The notes: generated by a model from the sequence alone, not told the origin. 64,000 nt of DNA from a virus (IMGVR_UViG_3300011443_000015:2274-66273); one strand, 5' to 3'. Positions 36,576 to 46,705 are shown, numbered from the stretch's first letter. Numbers and translations: made by a program.

Positions 36576-37396
36576 TGGCTAAGAAAAAGGCCACGATGCT
36601 CGCCCTGACGCCCGTCCACCCGGCGCCAGGCAAGGACAGCGTGCAGGTGTTGCTCGGCACGCCGACGCTCGGCACCGTCCATATCAACTGGTACAACGCG
36701 ATGGTCGGCATGGTAACGCCGCCGAACTGGTCCGTCGTCCGGAGCACGCCGACCGGCTACACCGTGGCCGACGCGCAGAACCTGCTTGTCGATAATTTCC
36801 TGCGGGGTCCGTTTCGCGCCCTCATCTTGATCGAGGACGACACGTGCCCGCCGCCCGAGACGATCCTGGTGTTCGACCGCTGGTTCTGGAAGATGGAGCG
36901 CCGCAAGGCGCCGCCTGTGGTCAGCGGCCTCTACCACATCAAGGGCTCGGCGGAGATCCGTCGCGGGAAGAAGGGTGGCATCGAACTGCTCGGTCCGGAG
37001 CCGCTCGCCTATCGCGGGGGCGGCACACGCGCCTATCGCGATTGGCAATACGGTGACGTCATCTGGGTCAGCGGCGTGCCGACCGGGGCGTTGCTGCTCC
37101 ACCGCTCGATCCTCGAGGCGTGGGCGCGCGAGGACGATGTCGAGACCTACACGCTGCCCGGCTATCCGTTTCCGGTGAAGAAGATCTTCCAGTCGCCGGC
37201 GCGGGTCTGGATGGAGGACGGCGGCACGCACGTCGCCTCAGGGACGTCGGACCTCTGGTGGTCGGACCAGACCATCAAGCGCGGACTCATGGCGAAGGCG
37301 GGCTACGCGTCGCTTCAGAAGAAGCCGTTTCCCTACATCATCGACACGAGCCTCGTCTTCAAGCACGTCGACCGGACGACGGGGGTGATGTACTAG
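36575..37396 (+). CDS. GT-A (GT2-like) glycosyltransferase
   Basis: GTP, ADAQN, LIEDD (DxD), VSGLY, TGALLLHRSIL, DTSLVFKH. Confidence 0.75.
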   Translation: MAKKKATMLALTPVHPAPGKDSVQVLLGTPTLGTVHINWYNAMVGMVTPPNWSVVRSTPTGYTVADAQNLLVDNFLRGPFRALILIEDDTCPPPETILVFDRWFWKMERRKAPPVVSGLYHIKGSAEIRRGKKGGIELLGPEPLAYRGGGTRAYRDWQYGDVIWVSGVPTGALLLHRSILEAWAREDDVETYTLPGYPFPVKKIFQSPARVWMEDGGTHVASGTSDLWWSDQTIKRGLMAKAGYASLQKKPFPYIIDTSLVFKHVDRTTGVMY

Positions 37397-38863
37397 ATGG
37401 CCGACATCTCTGTCAACGTCGTGAAGTCGAGCGGCGTCTCTCCCATCGAGGGGAGCGACGACTTGATTACGTTGTCCATCTCTGGTGGCGATCTGGTCAA
37501 CAGCCAGAATCAGATCGTGCGGTTACGCGGTGTGAACACTGAGGGCGTCGCGAACTTCAGGGCGTTCTACACGGGGGGCATCAACGCGTATATCGACCGC
37601 ATCGTCGGCTTCGACTCGACGGCGACCAAGTGGAACCCCAACGTCGTGCGGCTCAACTTCGAGCGGTATCCCTGCGCGGACCCGCCGCGCCTCTATCAGC
37701 CCGGCGACCCGCGCATTCCCTACTGCATTCCAGACACGTCGCAGTTCCCTGCCTGGCCCTCGTCGTCGACGGTGATTGAAGGGGCGGTCTACAAGTCCGG
37801 TGGCGTGCGCTATAGCGCCGCGAAGCGGCTCTGGCGGGCGGACATGGGGCAGGCGTGGAACCTGGGACATTTCGAAGTCGGCGACCGCGTCGTGGGCGTG
37901 ATCGATACGACCCATGTCTACGAGTGCATCTCGTTCGGCACGGATCTGTCGGGCGACTGGGGCGGTGGCCCTTCCGGCACCACGAGTCCGCAGACGGACG
38001 TGCTCGGGAACACCTGGAACTACATCGGCGAATGGGGTCTCACTGGGTCGTCGGAGCCCTTCAGTGGCGGCATCGACATGGAGGACTTCTACGGCGAGTG
38101 GTATATGGACGAGCGCGCCACGTGGACGCTGGTGGGTCCGGACCTCACGCCCGAGGAAGCCGAGACGGCGTGGACGACGTTCACCACGACGGTGCTCGAT
38201 CCGACCGTGCAGCGGTGCATCGACAACAACCTCTATTGCTTTATCTGCGACTTCGACTTCGGTCCAGCGGATCTTCCGCTGCGCACCGCCCGCATGATGG
38301 AGTTCTGGGATCGCGTCTCGCAGGGGCCGTGGAAGAACCACCCGCGCGTACTCTTCGATCTGTGGAACGAGAGCGAGGACCTTGGCGGGTTCAGCGGCTC
38401 GACCTGGACCAATCAGAAACCCTACATCCAGGACGCCGTCGACATGATCCGCGCGAACGGTGCCGATAATGTCATCCTCGTCACGACGCCGCAGTTCTGC
38501 GCCTATGTCGATCTGGCGACGGCCGACCCGTTGACAGGCACGAACATCATGTATGCGAACCACACATACAGCGCCTATGGCGACTTGATTAGCCGCACGG
38601 CGACCGCGCTCGCGACCGGGCAGGCCGTCTTCGTGTCGGAGTGGGGATCGAACCAAGAGACGGACGAGACGATCACCGACACGTTCGTCAACGACCTGAT
38701 GGAGATTGTCGAAGAGGATCGCGGTTCAACGGCGCCAGCCGCTGGCTGGGCAGCGTGGGCGTTTAGTCAGTATTGGTCACCCGTGTTTTTTACCGACGGT
38801 CTCTACACAGTGCCGAACTATTACGGCATTTCAGTGCGCAACCTATTTGACGAGTTTGCCTAA
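37397..38863 (+). CDS. GH5-family glycoside hydrolase with inserted carbohydrate-binding-like modules
   Basis: RLRGVN, NVVRL, DLWNES (acid/base), HTY, VSEWG (nucleophile), W..WAF. Confidence 0.8.
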   Translation: MADISVNVVKSSGVSPIEGSDDLITLSISGGDLVNSQNQIVRLRGVNTEGVANFRAFYTGGINAYIDRIVGFDSTATKWNPNVVRLNFERYPCADPPRLYQPGDPRIPYCIPDTSQFPAWPSSSTVIEGAVYKSGGVRYSAAKRLWRADMGQAWNLGHFEVGDRVVGVIDTTHVYECISFGTDLSGDWGGGPSGTTSPQTDVLGNTWNYIGEWGLTGSSEPFSGGIDMEDFYGEWYMDERATWTLVGPDLTPEEAETAWTTFTTTVLDPTVQRCIDNNLYCFICDFDFGPADLPLRTARMMEFWDRVSQGPWKNHPRVLFDLWNESEDLGGFSGSTWTNQKPYIQDAVDMIRANGADNVILVTTPQFCAYVDLATADPLTGTNIMYANHTYSAYGDLISRTATALATGQAVFVSEWGSNQETDETITDTFVNDLMEIVEEDRGSTAPAAGWAAWAFSQYWSPVFFTDGLYTVPNYYGISVRNLFDEFA

Positions 38864-39978
38864 TGGTAGATCTTCACGCGCGCGTCGGCGGTTTCGGCCG
38901 TAGCCGAATGATGATACAGGGCATATCAGGCACGTCTGGGGTGTGGACCAACGTCACGCCAGGCGACATGATTCTCGATCCCGATGGGACACCTGGTGGC
39001 GCGACGAACAACTACGGCTGTCAAGGTGTGTTCTCTGCGAACCTTGTTGATCTCCCGCAGCGCATGTATATGGCTGCGACCTATCAGAAGTTATGGGTGT
39101 CCGAGAACTATGGGGCCACGTGGACGCCTGTTACGATCACCGGCTCGAATCCATTCGCTGACGGCCGGCCGAACATGCGAGTCGCGCCGGACGGGAGCTA
39201 TCTCCTGACCACGGCGCTGTATCCGATCAACGGGCTGAGCAATGGCGTGTGGAAGTCGGTCGACGCTGGTGCGACGTGGACCAGGTATAGCCCTGGCGCC
39301 CCGAACGGTGATGATATCGGGTCCATAGATATCCTCTATTCTGACAAGACACGCGTCCTTTGCTCGTCTCATAGCGATAGCGGTGGTGGTAATTATCATT
39401 TCTATGAATCGGTTGACTCTGGGGCGACGTGGACGGATCAAGGCGCGATGCCGAACGGCGACGCGCATATGCGATTCATCAGTGCTGATTATCTTCTATC
39501 GCTTGGCGGTGGTGACAATGGGTCTGGCCCTGGAACCTACCGAGGCACGCGGTCTGGCTCCTCGTGGCCGTGGACATGGAGCTGGTCCTCGGTTGCCCTT
39601 CAGCAGCACTGGCATAGCGACTCTCAGATCTTTATCGATCCTGTGACGGGCTACATCTATACCGGTGGCGGGATCGGTATCGAGCGTAGCACGAACAACG
39701 GCGCGAGCTTTTCACTGATCGAGTCGACGTGGTCGGGCGGGATCGTGGCGACGGATAGCACGATCTACAGTTCGGCCAGTTATGCGACGCACGGCACCTT
39801 CGGTCCTTATTTACAGAGCGCACCGCGAAGCCCCGGCACATCATGGAGCGACGATGCCAGTGGCGCATCGGGTTCGTTGAATAACGGCTGGATTCATGCG
39901 GACGCGGTCACGGACGGATCGCGTTGGGCGATTGTGACTGGCAACTGGAACGCGGGCGCGTGGAGGTATATCGAATAA
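38863..39978 (+). CDS. Asp-box (BNR) beta-propeller, GH74/sialidase-like
   Basis: SENYGATW, SVDAGATW, SVDSGATW, STNNGASF. Confidence 0.75.
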   Translation: MVDLHARVGGFGRSRMMIQGISGTSGVWTNVTPGDMILDPDGTPGGATNNYGCQGVFSANLVDLPQRMYMAATYQKLWVSENYGATWTPVTITGSNPFADGRPNMRVAPDGSYLLTTALYPINGLSNGVWKSVDAGATWTRYSPGAPNGDDIGSIDILYSDKTRVLCSSHSDSGGGNYHFYESVDSGATWTDQGAMPNGDAHMRFISADYLLSLGGGDNGSGPGTYRGTRSGSSWPWTWSWSSVALQQHWHSDSQIFIDPVTGYIYTGGGIGIERSTNNGASFSLIESTWSGGIVATDSTIYSSASYATHGTFGPYLQSAPRSPGTSWSDDASGASGSLNNGWIHADAVTDGSRWAIVTGNWNAGAWRYIE

Positions 39979-40604
39979 TGGCGGTAGTCTTCTCTGACGA
40001 TTTCAACCGCGCCGATGGGAGTCCAGGGGCGAACTGGACCGGCTATTTTTCGACGTGGGCAATTGCCTCCAATCAAGTGACGGTGTCAACGGGGGCGACG
40101 CCAACGGGCAACCAGTTGGAATACACCGGATCGGGCAGCAGTCTGGCGGACTGCTCCGTCGCGGTCAAGCACATTTCCACGGCGTCAAATCCTGGCGGTG
40201 TGACGGCGCGGCGGGCGTCCGGTGTGGATACCCATTACATTTGGCGCGTGTATACCGATGGCGGCTGGGAGTTGTGCCGGAAGATCACGGGTTCGATCAC
40301 CGTGGTCCTCAACGACGGCGGCACGAAGCTCACGCTCGTCTCTGGCGCGATCATTAAGTTGACAGTGACGGGCAGCGGCGCGACGGTCACGCTTGACATG
40401 AACTACAACGGCGTTGCCGTGACGACGTACAACGACACGGACGGCTCGCGGATCACGGTCGCAGGCGTGTCGGGGATCTATGGTCATGTTGACGGGACGA
40501 TCTTTGATGACTTTGTGTTAGACGATCTCACCGTCGGTGGCAACGATCTCAGCACGGTCGTCGGTCGCGCTCTCGGCAGAGGCGCGAGCCCGATCTCAGC
40601 GTAG
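39978..40604 (+). CDS. Lectin-like beta-sandwich virion protein
   Basis: FSDDFNRADG..GANW ... FDDFVL; start reassigned to the TAATG overlap. Confidence 0.6.
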   Translation: MAVVFSDDFNRADGSPGANWTGYFSTWAIASNQVTVSTGATPTGNQLEYTGSGSSLADCSVAVKHISTASNPGGVTARRASGVDTHYIWRVYTDGGWELCRKITGSITVVLNDGGTKLTLVSGAIIKLTVTGSGATVTLDMNYNGVAVTTYNDTDGSRITVAGVSGIYGHVDGTIFDDFVLDDLTVGGNDLSTVVGRALGRGASPISA

Positions 40605-40609
40605 GAGGC

Positions 40610-40768
40610 ATGATGGATGAAGTCGCTATTGGCATGGCCGAAGAATTGTTCGTCAAGCTCACGTCACCCGTGATCCAGGTCCGTGCATCGGTGGCGAACA
40701 CCGTTGAGATTACCTGGATCACCGAAACCGGTGAAGTGCTTCGTGTGCAGCAGGTGACGTTCGAATAA
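40610..40768 (+). CDS. Small beta-rich protein (52 aa)
   Basis: AGGAGG SD; contains EVLRV, resembling the next gene's repeat. Confidence 0.5.
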   Translation: MMDEVAIGMAEELFVKLTSPVIQVRASVANTVEITWITETGEVLRVQQVTFE

Positions 40769-40776
40769 ACCGTTAG

Positions 40777-43701
40777 ATGGCCATCACCTACATTTCCCCA
40801 TCGGCGCTGTCCGGCACGACGGACTCCACGACGCTGAACATCACCCTGCCGACCGTGCAGGCGGGCGATGTCATGCTGTTGGAGTATGTCCATCGTGGCG
40901 CGACGGCCGGCACGTTGGGTGGGGTAGGGGGTTCGGGTTGGAACAATAAGCTCTCTCGGGACTTTGCGACGGCGACGTTCAGCGCCCACCTCTACTGGAA
41001 GCGGTGCGACGGCTCGGAGAGTGGTGACGCGCTCACGGTCACCGGCTTAACGAACTCGTGCGCAGGCTGCGTGACGGTCTATCGCGGCGTCAAGAGCACG
41101 GGCGATCCCTTCGAAGCCGCGACGGCCGAGGATAACGCGTCGGCCGACGAGTCGCACGCCGCTATCACGACGACGACCCCCGGCGCTTGGGTGGGGCTGA
41201 CGGTCGGCAATTCGCCTGACGTCGCAGTGACCTCGCCGAGCACGACCTCGCCAGGCGCGTTGACGCAGCGTGCAGAGCGGCTGAACACGACCGGCACCGA
41301 CACGTCGATCTGCAGCAATTCCGCAGAAAAGGCCACAGCCGGATCGACGGGGGCGTTGACGTGGTCGGTATCCCCGAACGGGCCCTCGGCCTCGTTCGCG
41401 TGGGCGTTGACACCGGAGTTGCTAGCAACACCGACGGAGTCATTGAAAGTCGGGGACGTGATCGTCAATGTCCTATTGACGGTCTTGCTGGCCACGGTGC
41501 CCTCAGAAGTTGTCAAGATCACTGACGAGGTCCAGGCACAGTTAGTCAATCAAGATCTCCTGGCGTCGACGACTGAGGGAGTCAAGGTCGGCGCGAGCGG
41601 CTTCGCCGAGATGGTCCAGTTCGCGGAACTGGTCAAGATTGGTGACGGGCCGGCCGTTGGCGAACTCGTCACTGATACCGGCGATCTCTCGCGGAACATT
41701 CCGGCTGAGTCCCTTCGGGTCATTGACGACCCGGTGCTGGCCACGCGGGACCTGTCGCGGGATGTTACTGCAGAATCCCTTCGCGTCATCGATGGACCTG
41801 TTGAACCCGCGATAGCCGGTAACGATCTCGTACGCTCACTGACGGAATCCGTCAAGGTTGGCGCGAGCGGTTTCGCGGAGATGGTCCAGTTCGCGGAACT
41901 GGTCCGCATTTCTGATGGTCCCGTCTCGGCCCAGCTCTTTGCGCTGGGTGACCTCGAGGTCTCGAAAACAGAGTCGCTCAGGATCAGCGACATCGGCTGG
42001 GCGGAGATCGGTATCGACGAGACGCTGAAGGTCGCAGATGCGATCACGGTTGCGATCGATCCCGAGCAGGCGAGTCCGTCGGAGTCGCTCAAGGTTGTCG
42101 ATACCGTTACGGTGTCGATTAATCCTGAGCAAGCCAGCCTGTCAGAATCGCTCAAGGTTGTCGATCAGCTTCTTGGACCGACGATCGATCCGGAGCAGAC
42201 GGCACTCACGGAATCGCTCAAGGTCGTCGATACCGTTACGGTCTCGCTGAACCCCGAGCAAGCCAGTCCGTCGGAATCGCTCAAGGTCGTTGACCAGATT
42301 CTTGGACCGACACTCGATCCGGAGCAGACGGCCTTCACAGAGTTGCTCAAGGTCGTCGATGTCGTCGTCGTCACGCTCGACCCAGAACAGGCCGCATTCT
42401 CTGAGTCGCTCAAGGTTGTCGATACCGTCGTCGTTTTTATCAATCCGGAGCAGGCCACCCCATCCGAATCGCTCAAGGTTGTTGACGAGATCAGCGTCGC
42501 GCGGATCGATGCGGGATCGTTAACGGTCACGCTCGACGAGATCTATAAGGTCTCGGACGTCCCGAATCTCACCCTCAATCCCGAGCAGGCCACGGCGACC
42601 GAGTCGCTCAAGGTCGTGGACGCGGTTAGCGCCACGATTGCTGAGGCGAATCTGGCCGTCAGTCTTTCTGAGAGCCTGAAGGTCGCCGACGAAGGCGAAG
42701 TCGAGTTCGTCAAGGACGAAACGATCCGCATCGTTGAGCAACTGACCGTTGTCCTCGGCGGCGCCCTCACGACGAGTCTCTCAGAGTCCCTCAAGGTCTC
42801 GGACACGATCTCCGCGTCGCTGAATCAGCTCTCGGTGAGCCTCTCGGAGAGCCTCAAGGTTGACGATTCGGGCCAGGCGGAACTCGTCCAGTTCGAGTCG
42901 ATCCGCATCTCGGATGTGCTCCTCGCCGAGATGCAGACGCCGACGGATCTCTATGCGACCGTCGCAACAGAGTCCCTGAAGGTTGTCGATGCGGTGAGTG
43001 CGGCGATCCAGCTCGCCGTCGCGATCAGCACCGAATCGCTGAAGGTTGTTGACACGCTCTCGAGTCCGTGGCTCGACCCGATTCAGACGATTGTCACCGA
43101 GGCGCTCAAGGTCGTCGATCAGAATCCGCCGACGGTGGCGGAGGCCTCGACGCTCCTTGTCAATCTCGTCGAGTCGCTCAAGGTCGTCGACAGTACGCCG
43201 GTCGGACGGCTCAATCCGATTCAGGTGTCGGTCGCAGAAGAAGTACTACAGGTCGTCGACAGCACGCCGGTCGGACGGCTCAACCCGCTCCAGATTGCCA
43301 TTTCGGAATCGCTGAAGGTTGTGGACGGCCCGCCGATTCCGGCCTCGGGCACGACGCTGGTTGCCAACCCGACCGAGATCGTCAAGGTCGTCGACACGGC
43401 GCTGACCACGCTCGACCCGGAGGAGACAAGCCGCACCGAGTCGCTCAAGGTCGTCGACGCGCTGAGCATCACACTCGACCCCGAGCAGGCAGCGCTCAGC
43501 GAGTTGCTCGGGGTGGCGGACAGTCTGACTGTTGCACTCAGCCATCTCGAAGTGACTCTCACGGAATCGCTGAAGGTCGCGGACCTCCAGCCACGCTTCG
43601 GCGGGCCGGCGATCATCGACTCGACGGGTTCCTACATCACGGTGATTGATTCTGTCGGTTCCTATGTCACCACGATCGACATCGTTGGGGAGTATCTCTA
43701 A
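40777..43701 (+). CDS. Long repetitive fibre/shaft protein (~34 ESLKVVD-type repeats)
   Basis: N-terminal ~210 aa beta-domain, then 14-26 aa repeats; Ser/Thr/Val/acidic rich. Confidence 0.8.
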   Translation: MAITYISPSALSGTTDSTTLNITLPTVQAGDVMLLEYVHRGATAGTLGGVGGSGWNNKLSRDFATATFSAHLYWKRCDGSESGDALTVTGLTNSCAGCVTVYRGVKSTGDPFEAATAEDNASADESHAAITTTTPGAWVGLTVGNSPDVAVTSPSTTSPGALTQRAERLNTTGTDTSICSNSAEKATAGSTGALTWSVSPNGPSASFAWALTPELLATPTESLKVGDVIVNVLLTVLLATVPSEVVKITDEVQAQLVNQDLLASTTEGVKVGASGFAEMVQFAELVKIGDGPAVGELVTDTGDLSRNIPAESLRVIDDPVLATRDLSRDVTAESLRVIDGPVEPAIAGNDLVRSLTESVKVGASGFAEMVQFAELVRISDGPVSAQLFALGDLEVSKTESLRISDIGWAEIGIDETLKVADAITVAIDPEQASPSESLKVVDTVTVSINPEQASLSESLKVVDQLLGPTIDPEQTALTESLKVVDTVTVSLNPEQASPSESLKVVDQILGPTLDPEQTAFTELLKVVDVVVVTLDPEQAAFSESLKVVDTVVVFINPEQATPSESLKVVDEISVARIDAGSLTVTLDEIYKVSDVPNLTLNPEQATATESLKVVDAVSATIAEANLAVSLSESLKVADEGEVEFVKDETIRIVEQLTVVLGGALTTSLSESLKVSDTISASLNQLSVSLSESLKVDDSGQAELVQFESIRISDVLLAEMQTPTDLYATVATESLKVVDAVSAAIQLAVAISTESLKVVDTLSSPWLDPIQTIVTEALKVVDQNPPTVAEASTLLVNLVESLKVVDSTPVGRLNPIQVSVAEEVLQVVDSTPVGRLNPLQIAISESLKVVDGPPIPASGTTLVANPTEIVKVVDTALTTLDPEETSRTESLKVVDALSITLDPEQAALSELLGVADSLTVALSHLEVTLTESLKVADLQPRFGGPAIIDSTGSYITVIDSVGSYVTTIDIVGEYL

Positions 43702-44066
43702 TGGCGACAACCGTCACGATCGGTGGAAGCGGCACGCTGTTCGTCGGGGAAGACAAGCTCTTTCGGCACGAGACGCTCGACGCGAACAGCCTCCCCGTCG
43801 ACATGACGGGATGGGATGTGCGGTTCGACGTGCGCACGACCGATGCGTCCACGACGGTGATCTTCGGCAAGACGGCCTCGATCATCGGCGTCTACAACCC
43901 CGTGCGGGCCACGAATACACAACGGGCGATCGTGAGTCTGAGCGATACGGAGATGAACACCGTGAAGGGGAAGACGTATCGGCACAGTTGGAAACGGATG
44001 GACGACGGCGTCGAGACCGTGCTCGCGCGTGGCCCCTTCGTTGTTGAGAAAGCGACGGCCCCATAA
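43701..44066 (+). CDS. BppU-N-like fibre attachment protein
   Basis: DMTGW..RFDVR...Y...LARGPFVV pattern. Confidence 0.55.
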   Translation: MATTVTIGGSGTLFVGEDKLFRHETLDANSLPVDMTGWDVRFDVRTTDASTTVIFGKTASIIGVYNPVRATNTQRAIVSLSDTEMNTVKGKTYRHSWKRMDDGVETVLARGPFVVEKATAP

Positions 44067-44845
44067 TGGCGACACTTGTAGCAACGGCGGGCGCCACGAA
44101 CGCGAACAGCTACCCGACGCTGGCCGAGGCGCTCGACTACTTCGAGCGGCGGACGACGGTAGACGGGTGGGAGAACGGCGATCAGGAAGTGCTCTTGATG
44201 ATGGCGACGCGCGTGCTCGACGCGATGGCGCGCCCGCACAAGACCTTCGTCCCCGAGCAGGGCGGCGTCCCCGCGCACTGGATCACGAGCCCGACATGGA
44301 CCGGCGCGCCGGCCTCGACGACACAGAAGCTCGCGTGGCCCCGGTCGGGAATGTATGACGCGAATGGCAATTCGCTCGACTGGGGGATCACGGGCATCTC
44401 GCAGGCGGTGGCGCCCGTCATCACGACAGACCGGGCACACGGGCTGACGACGTCCGACGAGGTCTTCATCTACGGGTCGGATAGCGACCCGCTCGTCGAT
44501 GGCGCCTACGCGGTCACTGTCCTCTCGGCGACGACGTTTTCCATCCTGGCCACGGTCACGACGGCGGGCACAACCGGCACGATGACGGTGGTCCCGGCGG
44601 ACCTGAAGGACGCGACGGCGGAGCTCGCCGGCGCGCTCGGCACGACGGACACGACGCTCGACAGCGACATCATCATCCAGGGCATCACGTCGCTCAAGGC
44701 GGGCAGCGTGTCGATGTCCTTCAAGGACATGATCGAGAAGCACGTGCTCCCAGACATGATCTGGAACATGATGCCCTCGTCGTGGTTCACCGACGAGGTC
44801 TACAGTTACGTCAACTCTGCGCTCTTTGATGTGGTGTCCGAATGA
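44066..44845 (+). CDS. Head-tail adaptor (DnaT-like) with inserted beta-barrel
   Basis: ANSY.TLAEA..YF, QKLAWPR; insert ITGISQA..VITT..AHGL. Confidence 0.7.
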   Translation: MATLVATAGATNANSYPTLAEALDYFERRTTVDGWENGDQEVLLMMATRVLDAMARPHKTFVPEQGGVPAHWITSPTWTGAPASTTQKLAWPRSGMYDANGNSLDWGITGISQAVAPVITTDRAHGLTTSDEVFIYGSDSDPLVDGAYAVTVLSATTFSILATVTTAGTTGTMTVVPADLKDATAELAGALGTTDTTLDSDIIIQGITSLKAGSVSMSFKDMIEKHVLPDMIWNMMPSSWFTDEVYSYVNSALFDVVSE

Positions 44846-45228
44846 GCCTGCTCGACACGCTCCGCAAAGGCGTGCTGACGATCGACAAGGCGACGAAGTC
44901 GCTCCAGACGTCGGTCAGCTACGTGAAGAACTCCGCGCATGACGAGTATGGGGCGCCGGCGACCGTCGCGGCGGCCACGACCCTGAAGGCGATTGTCGAC
45001 TACCGGCACGTGCCCGTCCGGAGCAAGGAAGGGATCACGGTGATGGCGTCTGCCACGCTGACGCTGCTCAACGTCCAGGAAGTCTACGACGCGACGGGCG
45101 GACTCGGCGTCGACACAGACGACGAGTTCACGCTGCCCGACGGGAGCAAGAGCAAGGTGATCAGCGTCGGCGGCTTCATGGACGCGGGCACGTATGGCCC
45201 GATTCCGCTCACGATCTATCTAGGCTGA
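44842..45228 (+). CDS. Head closure/stopper protein
   Basis: HDEYG..., DDEFTLPDG; synteny. Confidence 0.6.
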   Translation: MSLLDTLRKGVLTIDKATKSLQTSVSYVKNSAHDEYGAPATVAAATTLKAIVDYRHVPVRSKEGITVMASATLTLLNVQEVYDATGGLGVDTDDEFTLPDGSKSKVISVGGFMDAGTYGPIPLTIYLG

Positions 45229-45992
45229 TGAAGAACGTCACCATCTGTCTCGTCTACTTCCGGAGCTTGGGGTTGCAGAACCTCGAGGCGGCGCTCTACT
45301 CCGTGAAGCGACAGGACATGACGCGAGTCAATTCGATCGTGGTGGTGGACAACAATACGGACGATTCGATCGCGTCGATACAGGCCGTGATTGATAAAAC
45401 GGATTTTCGCGTGCCGGTGTGCTTCTCGTCGTTCAAGCACCACGACCCGACGAAGACGCACGCGTGGTCGACGAACGCCGCCGTGGAACGGTCAGACACC
45501 TCGTGGGTGTTCTTCACCAGGGCGGACTATCTGCTGGCGTTCGACGCGGTCGAGACGTGCGTCGCCGCGATTCGCCATGAGAATCAGTTCATCGTCGGCG
45601 GCTACTACGACGTCGGCCTCGATGTGTATCGCTGCGAGCAGACGACGTGGCGCACGGACGGGCCGGTCGCGCTGCGTCCACACGGGCGGGAGTTCGACCA
45701 CGTGATGATCGACTCCGGCGTGTGGCTGACGACGCGCGAGGTCTTCAACCGCGTTGGCGGGATGGACGAAACAATGACGGTCTGGGGCCATGCGCAGACG
45801 GTGTTCCAACACAAGATCTACCAGGCGGGCGTGGAGTTCACGCGCGTGCCATCTGTCGTCTTTTACCACACGGCTCACGGCTACGAGACGCCTCGCGATC
45901 ATAGCGCGGCGACCGTGCAACTGCAGTCGATGGGCTTGAACATTCGCGAACTGTGGGCGCGTTACGACGGCCCGGATAACCCGTACCGATGA
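45228..45992 (+). CDS. GT-A (GT2/GT7-like) glycosyltransferase
   Basis: IVVVDN, NAAV, RAD (DxD variant), VGGMDE...WG, FYH. Confidence 0.8.
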   Translation: MKNVTICLVYFRSLGLQNLEAALYSVKRQDMTRVNSIVVVDNNTDDSIASIQAVIDKTDFRVPVCFSSFKHHDPTKTHAWSTNAAVERSDTSWVFFTRADYLLAFDAVETCVAAIRHENQFIVGGYYDVGLDVYRCEQTTWRTDGPVALRPHGREFDHVMIDSGVWLTTREVFNRVGGMDETMTVWGHAQTVFQHKIYQAGVEFTRVPSVVFYHTAHGYETPRDHSAATVQLQSMGLNIRELWARYDGPDNPYR

Positions 45993-46705
45993 GACCCTAC
46001 ACACGCGCGCTCGATCCGCAGGACTACCGCTACCTGAAACATGCGGAGCCCATCGCCGATTTCCAACGGGCGATGACGGTGGCGCACTGCATCTCGCACC
46101 CGCACAAGATCTGGGAAAACGCGTCGATCATGCAGCAGCTCGACGAGCTCGAGGTGCCGAAGACGGCGAAGATCCTCGACGTCGGCAGCGGTGGGATGTT
46201 CTTTCCGCCCTACCTCGCGTCGGTCTGCGGCTATCGCGACCTCGAACTGACGGACTCGATGTCGAACATGGACATCAACCTCTACGTGCAGTCGCAGTGC
46301 CGCGCCTACGGGATTCAGATGAAGGTGCATTCACTCTTCGCCGAGGACATGTCGGCGCTTCCGTCCGAGGGATGGGACGTGGTGATGTGCATCTCGGTCA
46401 TCGAGCATATCGCCCGCGCGAACCACGACGCCGCGTTGCGCGAACTGTGGCGCCTGACGAAGCCTGGCGGGTTGATCTTTCTCACGTCGGACTACTTCCG
46501 CAGCGAGCACGGTAGCTTCCAGCAGGCGCAGTATGACGCGTCGCCCTACAAGGCCGGGCAAGAGACGTGCTATCACAAAGAGTTCGTGTTGGATATTCCT
46601 AACAAGATCGACGTGGAGTTCGTGGGCGACACCGACCTCGACTATCGCGGGGATTTCGTCCACAACTATTCGTTTGTCAACATTTGTCTGCGGAAGGTGG
46701 CCTAG
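45989..46705 (+). CDS. Class I SAM methyltransferase
   Basis: ILDVGSG, DVVMCISVIEH, LTKPGG. Confidence 0.85.
   Translation: MRPYTRALDPQDYRYLKHAEPIADFQRAMTVAHCISHPHKIWENASIMQQLDELEVPKTAKILDVGSGGMFFPPYLASVCGYRDLELTDSMSNMDINLYVQSQCRAYGIQMKVHSLFAEDMSALPSEGWDVVMCISVIEHIARANHDAALRELWRLTKPGGLIFLTSDYFRSEHGSFQQAQYDASPYKAGQETCYHKEFVLDIPNKIDVEFVGDTDLDYRGDFVHNYSFVNICLRKVA

Noticed and set aside
41430-43590. Repeats as a CRISPR array or collapsed assembly
   Set aside because: Repeats are in frame, diverged at synonymous sites and variable in length, so they are a protein repeat
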